In this document: one piece after another, positions 7,350 to 14,613 of the stretch | Layout of the letters: the number at the start of each line of letters is the position of its first letter | How positions within the stretch are numbered: the first letter of the stretch is position 1 | NCBI GenBank assembly: GCA_044346705.1 | Contig: JBIIYP010000001.1 | Coordinates: 148,634-212,633, forward strand | DNA from: Flavobacteriales bacterium | GTDB taxonomy: Bacteria > Bacteroidota > Bacteroidia > Flavobacteriales_F > PHOS-HE28 | Length of the DNA: 64,000 nucleotides | Direction of reading: 5' to 3' | Translations under genes and position numbers: made by a program | Notes under the pieces: model-generated | What the model was told of the DNA's origin: nothing | The model's database searches: none | What the model saw: the letters and a program-made list of their open reading frames with translations, nothing else

Positions 7350-7790
7350 TCAGAATACCTCATACAGCTCGATCTCCTGGGATCGTGCTGTTGCGTTGAA
7401 CTCGATCAATGCGGACTTGAACTTGGGTTCGCCGAAGGGCTTGTAATTATTGCCGAAACCCACGGGTTCTTTCGGGATGCCCAGGAAGTTCATGTCCGTT
7501 TCGCCATTGCTGTTCATGTCCTGATGGACCGTGACCGCATATGTGCCATAGGGTACTTGAAAGGAAGCGGTCCGAGCGCGCTGATCGGAGGGAAGTTCCA
7601 GCCTTTTGTAGGGAGTTGTCAGCCAGCCCGTCTCACTGTTGTAAAGGTCCACAACAACGTTCCCACCGGGCTGTTGGATGTTCACGACTTGGATCGTCAA
7701 TGTCCCTTGGCCAAAGGATGAGAGGGGGGAGAAGGACGCCATCACCATCGTGAAGGTGAACAGGATGGAAAAGCGCTGTTGAAGGATCAT
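7350..7790 (-). CDS. Secreted DUF2141-family protein
   Basis: Signal peptide MILQQRFSILFTFTMVMASFS; GTLTIQVVNIQQPGGNVVVDLYNSETGWL...YGTYAVTVHQDMNSNGETDMNFLGIPKEPVGFGNN matches DUF2141 signature as I recall it. Confidence 0.6.
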   Translation of the reverse strand: MILQQRFSILFTFTMVMASFSPLSSFGQGTLTIQVVNIQQPGGNVVVDLYNSETGWLTTPYKRLELPSDQRARTASFQVPYGTYAVTVHQDMNSNGETDMNFLGIPKEPVGFGNNYKPFGEPKFKSALIEFNATARSQEIELYEVF

Positions 7791-8068
7791 CGGTTCAGGG
7801 GATGTATGGAGCTTCGGTCAGTGCTATGCGGCGATCGTTGGTTATTCCAGTGCCCGCGTGCAAGGGCTGCCGGTATCGGTCAGAACGTGGATAGAACGCC
7901 TCGCTGCGTTCAACTGTTCCCGGCCGATCCGTGATGTGCGCTTATCCGGAAGAATGATCGGGACCCTTGTTATCGGGGAAGGACTGACGGTCATCAGTGA
8001 CCCGTTGACCCATCTGCTTTCACTCACTACGAAGGAACACTGGCGAAAAGGTCCGGGCAGGTAAGTCG

Positions 8069-8132
8069 ATCACCCCTTCCGCTCCAGCAGCCGATCCAGC
8101 AGCACCGACACCAGACCGCACAGCACGATCAA
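8069..8132. repeat. att copy R3: short duplicate of permease 3' end
   Basis: tcaccccttccgctccagcagccgatccagcagcaccgacaccagaccgcacagcacgatcaac; diverges after about 65 bp. Confidence 0.75.
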
Positions 8133-8279
8133 CTCCGCGATCAGAAGGACGGTGCTTACCTTAGGCACATGGCGAAGCAGCCGAAGGGCATGTAGAAGTA
8201 CAAGGGCGGCGAGGAGGTCCCCGTGGAAAAGGTGAGCGAGCCACAAGCCACTTACGCCCGGAAGTCAGCGCGCACCGGC

Positions 8280-8393
8280 ATGGCCAAACGCGCGAAGCCG
8301 AAGGGCTACGATGCCAAGCGCTATACGGGCATGATACCGGGCATCGCGAAGCGCATGAAGGACTATCTGAAGCAGGTCCGTGATGACCGTTGA
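8280..8393 (+). CDS. Candidate small antitoxin ORF (37 aa, Lys/Arg-rich) overlapping PIN toxin start
   Basis: ATG 8280 ... TGA 8391-8393 (MAKRAKPKGYDAKRYTGMIPGIAKRMKDYLKQVRDDR); stop overlaps PIN start codon in typical TA arrangement; not in ORF track (below 60 aa); alternative GTG start at 8232. Confidence 0.3.
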   Translation: MAKRAKPKGYDAKRYTGMIPGIAKRMKDYLKQVRDDR

Positions 8394-8757
8394 GCGTGTG
8401 CTGGTGGACACCAATGTCCTCGCCCACCACATCAACGGAGACAAGCGTATCGAGCGGCTCCTTCAGGACCGGACCATCCACATCTCGTTCGTTACCGAGG
8501 TGGAGTTGCTGAGCTTTCCCGGATACACACCCGATGAGCGGGAGGCGGTGAAGAAATGGCTGCGTGGCTTCATTGTGAGCGGTGCCGAAGAGGGCATCCG
8601 ATCCATTGCCATCGATCTGCGCGTACGGTTCCGAATGAAGCTGGCCGATGCCTTCGTGGCAGCCACTGCGTCTTACTTGAGCACACCGCTGCTCACGGAG
8701 GATAAGCACTTCAAGAAATTGAAGGCCGATATCGTCTTGCGTTTGGTAGAGGCTTGA
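8380..8757 (+). CDS. PIN-domain ribonuclease toxin (VapC-like)
   Basis: VLVDTNVLAHHI...TEVELLSF...LADAFVAATA...LLTEDKHFKKL acidic quartet pattern of PIN/VapC; start GTG 8380 or ATG 8383. Confidence 0.75.
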   Translation: MMTVERVLVDTNVLAHHINGDKRIERLLQDRTIHISFVTEVELLSFPGYTPDEREAVKKWLRGFIVSGAEEGIRSIAIDLRVRFRMKLADAFVAATASYLSTPLLTEDKHFKKLKADIVLRLVEA

Positions 8758-8805
8758 GCGCGATCAGCAGGGCTCCTTGGCCGCATGGCCGCGGCTCACC
8801 GCTTC

Positions 8806-8946
8806 CGCTCCAACAATCGATCCAGCAGGAGCACCGGCACCAGTCCACAGACCACGATCAACAAGGAAGGCAGCACGGCATCGCTCCATTGTTCGATGCG
8901 GGCCTTCTCGAACGCCTTGGTGCTGAAGGTGTCGGTATCGAAGGGG
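8806..8946. repeat. att copy R4: about 140-bp divergent duplicate of permease 3' end
   Basis: Encodes ...DTDTFSTKAFEKARIEQWSDAVLPSLLIVVCGLVPVLLLDRLLERKR, paralogous to permease C-terminus ...DTDTLSTKVFEMARIEQWSEAALPALLIVACGLVPVVLLDRLLERKG; homology ends at ggtgtcggtatcgaaggg. Confidence 0.8.
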
Positions 8947-10140
8947 CTATGCGAGCACCTTCGATGCCGGGAAGGAAAGGAAGTCCTCCAGGTCCAGGCC
9001 ACCTGGTCCGATCAGCAGCGAGCGTGCCGGCGCGAAGGCATCGTGGAAGGCGTTCATGCCGGAGAAGCGCCCTTTGACCGCACCGCTCTTCACCTCGATG
9101 GCGGTGAGCTTGTTGCCGCGTTTCACCACGAAGTCGACCTCGTGATCGCCATCGCGCCAATAGAACAGCTCATAACCTTCGTTACGGGCGCCGTGCAGGA
9201 GGTGCGCACCAACGGCGCTCTCCACGATGCGGCCCCAACTGCTGGTGTCCTTTCGGGCCTGGGCCATGGTGAGGCCCGAGGGTGCGGTGAGCAGGGCGGT
9301 GTCGTGTACCAGCCATTTGGGGCTGCTGGCGCGCTGTCGCACCTGCTGGCCGGCATATTTCTGGAGCGGCGTGAGCAGTCCGGCGTTGCTGAGGAGGTCC
9401 CCGTACCAACTGAGGGTGGTGGTGTTGCCGGCATTCTGCAACTGGCCGAGCAATTTGGTGAAGCTGAGCTCACGGCCGCTGTAGGAGCAGCCGAGCTCGA
9501 ACAGGCGTCGGAGCAAGGCGGGCTTGTCCACGCGTGTCATCTGCAATACATCGCGTGCAATGCTGGTCTCGATGAGCGATTCGTGCACATAGGCCCGCCA
9601 GCGTGCAGGCTGACCCACCAGGCGGGCGGCACCCGGGTAGCCGCCGTGGAAGAGGTAGCGGTCCAGGTCCCAGCCGAACGCATCGCGCATCTCGCTGAAG
9701 GACCATTGCTGCATGCGCAGAAGCTCGAACCGTCCTGCGAGGCTTTCGGTGAGCCCTTGTTGCATGAGCAGCGGTGAGGAGCCGAGCAGCACGACCTTCA
9801 GTTTCGTGCCGGAGCGCATATCCTCGTCCCAGCGGGCCTTCACGGCATCGCTCCAGCGGGGCACCTTCTGCACCTCATCGATCGCCAGCACCGCGCCGCC
9901 CCGCTTGTTGTCGTGTGCGAGCAGGCGTGCCCGATCCCATTCGCGGGCGATCCAGGCGGTGTGCTGCGCATCGGGGTCGTCGGCACTGACGCTGATGGTG
10001 GGCAGGGACAGGTCCTCGAGCACCTGGGCCACCAGGGTGCTTTTGCCCACCTGCCGTGGGCCGCTCACCACCTGGATGTGGCGGCGGGGCGCACCAAGGC
10101 GCTTCAGCAGGGATGCGTATTGCGGTCGGCGGTAGGGCAT
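8947..10140 (-). CDS. AAA+ ATPase with C-terminal DUF4143 (AAA_14/DUF4143 family)
   Basis: Walker A GPRQVGKST, Walker B LAIDEVQK; DUF4143-like C-terminal half; probable start at ATG 10140 (MPYRRPQY), ORF track uses upstream TTG. Confidence 0.7.
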   Translation of the reverse strand: MPYRRPQYASLLKRLGAPRRHIQVVSGPRQVGKSTLVAQVLEDLSLPTISVSADDPDAQHTAWIAREWDRARLLAHDNKRGGAVLAIDEVQKVPRWSDAVKARWDEDMRSGTKLKVVLLGSSPLLMQQGLTESLAGRFELLRMQQWSFSEMRDAFGWDLDRYLFHGGYPGAARLVGQPARWRAYVHESLIETSIARDVLQMTRVDKPALLRRLFELGCSYSGRELSFTKLLGQLQNAGNTTTLSWYGDLLSNAGLLTPLQKYAGQQVRQRASSPKWLVHDTALLTAPSGLTMAQARKDTSSWGRIVESAVGAHLLHGARNEGYELFYWRDGDHEVDFVVKRGNKLTAIEVKSGAVKGRFSGMNAFHDAFAPARSLLIGPGGLDLEDFLSFPASKVLA

Positions 10141-10165
10141 GGCATCGGTGTTCCGATTGGCAAAA

Positions 10166-10208
10166 CTACTCAATGGGTTGAGTAAAATAACTCAATAAGA
10201 TGAGTAAA
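10166..10208. promoter_or_regulatory. Two adjacent palindromic sites TACTCA-N6-TGAGTA and ACTCA-N6-TGAGT (operator or arm-type recombinase/RDF binding candidates) between native att copy and ATPase gene
   Basis: tactcaatgggttgagta (10167-10184) and actcaataagatgagt (10192-10207), locally AT-rich, immediately upstream of ATPase start and 30 bp from permease stop. Confidence 0.35.
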
Positions 10209-10235
10209 TACCTGGTCGATCCCAACCGATAGGGT

Positions 10236-11783
10236 TCACCCCTTCCGCTCCAGCAGCCGATCCAATAACACCACCGGTACCAGCCCACAGGCCACGATCA
10301 GCAAGGCGGGCAGCGCGGCCTCGCTCCATTGCTCGATGCGGGCCATCTCGAAGACCTTGGTGCTGAGCGTGTCGGTATCGAAGGGCCGGAGAATGAGGGT
10401 GAGCGGGAGTTCCTTCACCACTTCCATGAGCACCAGCAGCGCGGCGGCGAGCAAGGAAGGCTTCAGCAGCGGCAGGTTAACACGGAGGAAGGTGCGCAGG
10501 GGGCTGGCGCCGAGCAGGCGTGCGGCCTCGTCCAAGCTGGCGGGTTGTTGGTCCAGGCCAGCGCGGAGGGGTTGTGTGGCGAGCGCCAGGAAGCGCACGG
10601 AGAAGGCGTAGATCATGAGCACGATGGTGCCGATCAGCACCACTCCCGTAGCATCCGTGAGCCACCCAGCGAGGCTCATGACCCCGATGGCGATCACCGC
10701 GCCGGGCACCACATAGCCGATCCCGGCCAGTTGCCCGAAGCGGCTGCGGCTCTTGCGCTGGCCGTAGCTGAGCACCAGCGCCAGCAGGAGCGTGAAGAGG
10801 GCGGCGAGCACGCCGATGAGGAGCGTGTTCCCCATGGCCGGCAGAAAGTTCGGTGCGGCCTGCATGGTGCGTTCGCGGAAAGCGTCGAAGGCCAGCGCGA
10901 CCACAGGAATCAGGAAGGCGGCGCCCAGTACCAGTGCGCAGAACAGGGAGGCCATCGCCGCCCTGAGACCGGTCAAGGGTACGGGGCGCAGGCGCTTCCC
11001 CGAAACGCTGCGCCGGGCACCGCGGTCCGAGAGGCGGCCGAGCAGCATGAGCATCAGCACCACCAGCAGCAGGATGCCCCCGATGCGCAAGGCACTGCCG
11101 CTATCGTACAGGCCGCCCCAGCTGCGGAAGATGCCGGCGGTGAGGGTGCGCACACCGTAGTGCCTCACCGCGCCGTAGTCGTTCAGCACTTCCATGGCCA
11201 CAAGCAGTCCACCGCCACCGATCGCCGGGAGCGCCAACGGGAAGGCCACGCGGAAGGCGCGGCGCAGCGCGCCACCCCCGAGCATGCGCGCGGCATCGAG
11301 CTGGTCGCTCATGCCCGCACTGAAGGCCGCCCGCGCAGGCAGGTAAACGTAGGGGAAGAGCACCAGCGCCAGCACGTAGGCCAGTCCCGAAGGGGTGAGC
11401 ATGTCGATGTGCATGCCCGTGCGCTCCGCGAACCAGATGCTGCACGCGCCGGTGGGGCCCCACAGGTCGGCGAAGGTGATGGCGCTGATGTAGGTGGGCA
11501 GGGCCAGGGGAAGCACCAAGGCCCAGCGGAAGAGACCACGTCCGGGAAAGTCGTTCGCGGCCACGAGCCACGCGGTGCCGACACCGAGGACGAGCGCGAG
11601 GAGCACGGTGCGGCTCACCAGCACGGCGGTCTCCCAGAGGTAGGTGGGGAGCAACGTGGTGCCCACGTAGGCCCACTCCGGCGCGGGCGTGTGCAGAGGA
11701 GCGGTGGCCACCACGAGCAGCGGTGCCAGCACCAACAGGGCCAAGGCACCGGTCAACCCGTGTTCACGCCAAGCTCGGGTCAT
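10236..11783 (-). CDS. Iron(III)/thiamine-type ABC transporter permease (FbpB-like, two fused TMDs)
   Basis: 515-aa polytopic membrane protein with duplicated binding-protein-dependent transport signature; downstream of substrate-binding protein gene; its 3' end is the att target. Confidence 0.8.
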   Translation of the reverse strand: MTRAWREHGLTGALALLVLAPLLVVATAPLHTPAPEWAYVGTTLLPTYLWETAVLVSRTVLLALVLGVGTAWLVAANDFPGRGLFRWALVLPLALPTYISAITFADLWGPTGACSIWFAERTGMHIDMLTPSGLAYVLALVLFPYVYLPARAAFSAGMSDQLDAARMLGGGALRRAFRVAFPLALPAIGGGGLLVAMEVLNDYGAVRHYGVRTLTAGIFRSWGGLYDSGSALRIGGILLLVVLMLMLLGRLSDRGARRSVSGKRLRPVPLTGLRAAMASLFCALVLGAAFLIPVVALAFDAFRERTMQAAPNFLPAMGNTLLIGVLAALFTLLLALVLSYGQRKSRSRFGQLAGIGYVVPGAVIAIGVMSLAGWLTDATGVVLIGTIVLMIYAFSVRFLALATQPLRAGLDQQPASLDEAARLLGASPLRTFLRVNLPLLKPSLLAAALLVLMEVVKELPLTLILRPFDTDTLSTKVFEMARIEQWSEAALPALLIVACGLVPVVLLDRLLERKG

Positions 11784-11888
11784 CGGGTGGTGAAGGTGCT
11801 GACAGCGCCGAGGAACATGCGAATGGAGCGGAACGCTCTCGCTCGGGCCAGATCCACATTTTCACATTCGATCATCTCCACATTCGCT

Positions 11889-12938
11889 CTACTTCCATCC
11901 AGCCGCTTCCAGCACCTTCACGGCGGCCGCGTTGTTGCGACCCAACGCTGCAAGGTCGAGCGTGTCGGGGGTGAAGGCCCCGAAGCCTTGGAGCACTTGC
12001 GCTGCGGGGATCCCGGCCTTCACCGGGAACTCCATGTTGCCCTCGGCGAACACGCGCTGGGCCTCATCGCTCACCAGGAACTCGAGCAACTTGATCGCTT
12101 CGGCCTCGTGCTTCGCATGTTTCGCCAAGCCACCGCCACTGATGTTGACGTGCGTGCCACGGCCATCGAGGTCGGGGAACACCACGCCGATGGCGTTCTT
12201 CGCCTTCTGCCGCGCGGGGTCGTCGCTGGTGAGCAACTTGCCGATATAGTAGCTGTTGGCGATGGCCACCTCACCCTGTCCTTCGCCGATGGCGAGGAGC
12301 TGGTCGGTGTCGCTGCCCTTGGGGTCGCGGGCCATGTTGGCCACCACACCGGCGCACCAGGCCTGGGCCTTCTCGGGTCCATCATGCGCCACCATCGCCG
12401 CCACGAGGCTCTGGTTGTACACGTTGTCCGCCGGGCGAACGAGCACCTTGCCCTTGAAACGCGGCTTCGTAAGGTCGGCGTAGGTGCGCAGCTCTTCGGG
12501 CTTCACCTTGCTCTTGTCGTAGGCGAACACGCGTGCCCGCATGGTGAAGCCGAACCAATGGCCTTCCGGATCGCGCAGGTGGCCGGGGATCGCGGCTTCC
12601 AGAATGGCGCTCTTCACGGGCTTCAGGTATCCGCGTTGGCGGGCGAGTCCCAGGCGTCCGGCGTCGGCGGTGATGATGATGTCGGCGGGGCTGTTCTGTC
12701 CTTCGGCCTCCAGGCGGCTCAGCAGCTCATCGTCATCGGCCATGATCACCTTCACTTCGATGCCGGTCTCCTTGGTGAACTGCGCGAAGAGCTGCTTGTC
12801 GGTCTCGTAGTGGCGGTGGGTGTAGACGTTCACCACGCGGGCACTGTCGGCAGTGGGTTGGGTGGTCGTGTCCCCACCGCCCTTGTTGGTGCAGGCAGCG
12901 AGCAGGGACAAGGCGAGAACGGGAAGGAGGTTGCGCAT
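11889..12938 (-). CDS. Fe(3+) ABC transporter substrate-binding lipoprotein (FbpA/AfuA-like)
   Basis: Lipoprotein signal LSLLAAC; extracellular solute-binding protein family 1 fold features; operon with permease. Confidence 0.8.
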   Translation of the reverse strand: MRNLLPVLALSLLAACTNKGGGDTTTQPTADSARVVNVYTHRHYETDKQLFAQFTKETGIEVKVIMADDDELLSRLEAEGQNSPADIIITADAGRLGLARQRGYLKPVKSAILEAAIPGHLRDPEGHWFGFTMRARVFAYDKSKVKPEELRTYADLTKPRFKGKVLVRPADNVYNQSLVAAMVAHDGPEKAQAWCAGVVANMARDPKGSDTDQLLAIGEGQGEVAIANSYYIGKLLTSDDPARQKAKNAIGVVFPDLDGRGTHVNISGGGLAKHAKHEAEAIKLLEFLVSDEAQRVFAEGNMEFPVKAGIPAAQVLQGFGAFTPDTLDLAALGRNNAAAVKVLEAAGWK

Positions 12939-13028
12939 GGGTGGGTTGAACGGCTGCGAAAGTACCAGTGGGCATTCGGTCGGCCCATCGCACGATCATG
13001 GTATTCAGGGTGGGGCGATTCGATCGGC

Positions 13029-13949
13029 CTACGCCTTGGCCAAGTCCAATGCGACCTGCACCGCCACCTCCGGCCGCACCCAATGCCAAAGCTCCTCGCG
13101 CCGCAGCCAGGTCATCTGCCGCTTCGCGTAGTTGCGCGTGTGCTGCTTCATCAAGGCGATCGCTTCATCCAGCGACACTCCCTCTCCTTTGGGGAGGGGC
13201 GGGGAGGGGCGATCGAAGTGCAGGAAGAGCTCCTTGTAGCCCACGGTCTGCAGGGCGTTGAGCTGGCGGTGGGGGAACAGGGCGCGCGCCTCTTCCACAA
13301 GGCCACGCACTACCATCTCGTCCACGCGGGTATCGATGTTTCGGTAAAGCGCATGTCGGGCCACATCCAGCGCGAAGAACAGGGGTTCGAAGCCTGGCCG
13401 GGGTCGCTTGCCGCGGTGGAGTTCGCTCACCTTGCCGCCGGTGAGCAGGCACACCTCGATGGCGCGGATCAGGCGGTGCGGGTTCTGGCGGTCGATGCGG
13501 TGCCACATGGCCTCGTCCAGCCGCTTCAGTTCATCCTGGAGAGCTGCGATGTCCATGCGTTGGAGCCTTTCGCGCAGTGCCTTGTCCGCCGGGGGGAGCG
13601 CATCGAACTCGAAGCACACGGCATCCACGTAGAGCCCGGAGCCGCCGGTGAGCACGGCCACACCATGCGCGTCCAGCAGGCGCTCGATCACGGGCAATGC
13701 GGCGTTGGCGTATTCCTGTGCGCTCACGGCCTGTTCCACCTCCAGGTGACCGATGAAGTGATGGGGCACGCCGAGCATCTCGGCTTCGGTGGGCTGGCCG
13801 GTGCCGATGGGCATGGCGCGGTAGAACTGGCGCGCATCGGCGCTGACGACCTCGGTGCCGAGGGCTTTCGCCACTTCAGCGGCCACGCGGGTCTTGCCGC
13901 TGGCGGTAGGGCCGCAGATCACGATCAGGGTACGCCGTGTGCTCACCAT
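13029..13949 (-). CDS. miaA: tRNA dimethylallyltransferase
   Basis: LIVICGPTASGKT P-loop and MiaA-wide conservation. Confidence 0.9.
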   Translation of the reverse strand: MVSTRRTLIVICGPTASGKTRVAAEVAKALGTEVVSADARQFYRAMPIGTGQPTEAEMLGVPHHFIGHLEVEQAVSAQEYANAALPVIERLLDAHGVAVLTGGSGLYVDAVCFEFDALPPADKALRERLQRMDIAALQDELKRLDEAMWHRIDRQNPHRLIRAIEVCLLTGGKVSELHRGKRPRPGFEPLFFALDVARHALYRNIDTRVDEMVVRGLVEEARALFPHRQLNALQTVGYKELFLHFDRPSPPLPKGEGVSLDEAIALMKQHTRNYAKRQMTWLRREELWHWVRPEVAVQVALDLAKA

Positions 13950-14530
13950 TCGCTCGAAGCATCATGGCCCTCGTCATGGCCATGGCCGCCCTCGTCGTGG
14001 TCGCTCTCCTCTTCCTCGAAGCCCATGTCCTCGTCGGCGTCATAGAGCTCTTCGGTCTCCAGCTTGTAGGTGTCGTCGTCCTCGGCCAGGATCCCGGCGC
14101 CGAGATCCAGGTCACGGCTGTGCTCGTGGGGTGGTTCGCCGTGGCTCAACACCACCTGCGGGTAGCGTTTGCCCTTTACAGGATCGTGCGCCTCGATCAG
14201 TTCCACCATGAACATCCACATGTGCAGGAAGTCATAGGCGTACACGAAGTGCTGGTCGGTGTCGCGGATGTGGTCGCCGATCTGCACCTGCTCCATCATC
14301 AGCGGCACAGCGCCGTCCTGTGCGAAGCCCATGTCGGCCAAGGGGATCTCCACGCCCTTGGTCCATTCGGCGTCGCTCACATAGAAGCAGGCCATCTCCT
14401 CACCGATGAAACCGAAGGCCTTCTTGATCGCCTTGTGGAAGTCGAGGAAGTTCTGCGAGCTGCGGATCTCGATGTCGCGGAACGCCTCGCTGGAGTGGTC
14501 GATCAGGACGCGGAAACGGTAGATGGCCAT
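13943..14530 (-). CDS. pRiA4b ORF-3-like family protein (acidic C-terminus)
   Basis: MAIYRFRVLIDHSSEAFRDIEIRSSQNFLDFHKAIKKAFGF... resembles PRiA4_ORF3 family; start at internal ATG 14530. Confidence 0.5.
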   Translation of the reverse strand: MAIYRFRVLIDHSSEAFRDIEIRSSQNFLDFHKAIKKAFGFIGEEMACFYVSDAEWTKGVEIPLADMGFAQDGAVPLMMEQVQIGDHIRDTDQHFVYAYDFLHMWMFMVELIEAHDPVKGKRYPQVVLSHGEPPHEHSRDLDLGAGILAEDDDTYKLETEELYDADEDMGFEEEESDHDEGGHGHDEGHDASSEW

Positions 14531-14613
14531 GATGGGAAATGCGTTCGCGAAGGTATGCCGCAGGCCGTGGTGAGCGCAGGGCACCCCGTTGGTTGAACTA
14601 CTAACTTGGACCC

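Larger units (their letters stand above)
4543..10400. mobile_element. Tandem array of small integrated islets delimited by copies of the permease 3' end (accretion hotspot)
   Basis: Five same-orientation copies (R1-R4 plus native R5) of the gene 3' end, each separating a distinct cargo module; one contains an integrase remnant. Confidence 0.6.

Noticed and set aside
4543-10400. Interpreting the repeated 65-150 bp elements as CRISPR repeats or REP elements
   Set aside because: They are variable-length copies of a protein-coding 3' end including its stop codon, are kilobases apart and non-palindromic. No CRISPR array or cas genes are present in the window.
10329-14045. 1238-aa ORF on plus strand and many other long ORFs (e.g. 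26963-29857, 23111-24580, 49668-51227, 21526-22461, 25071-26759)
   Set aside because: They lie antisense to well-supported genes in GC-rich DNA. They have biased low-complexity composition (Arg/Gly/Ala/His-rich) and no recognisable domains, so they are typical spurious high-GC ORFs.
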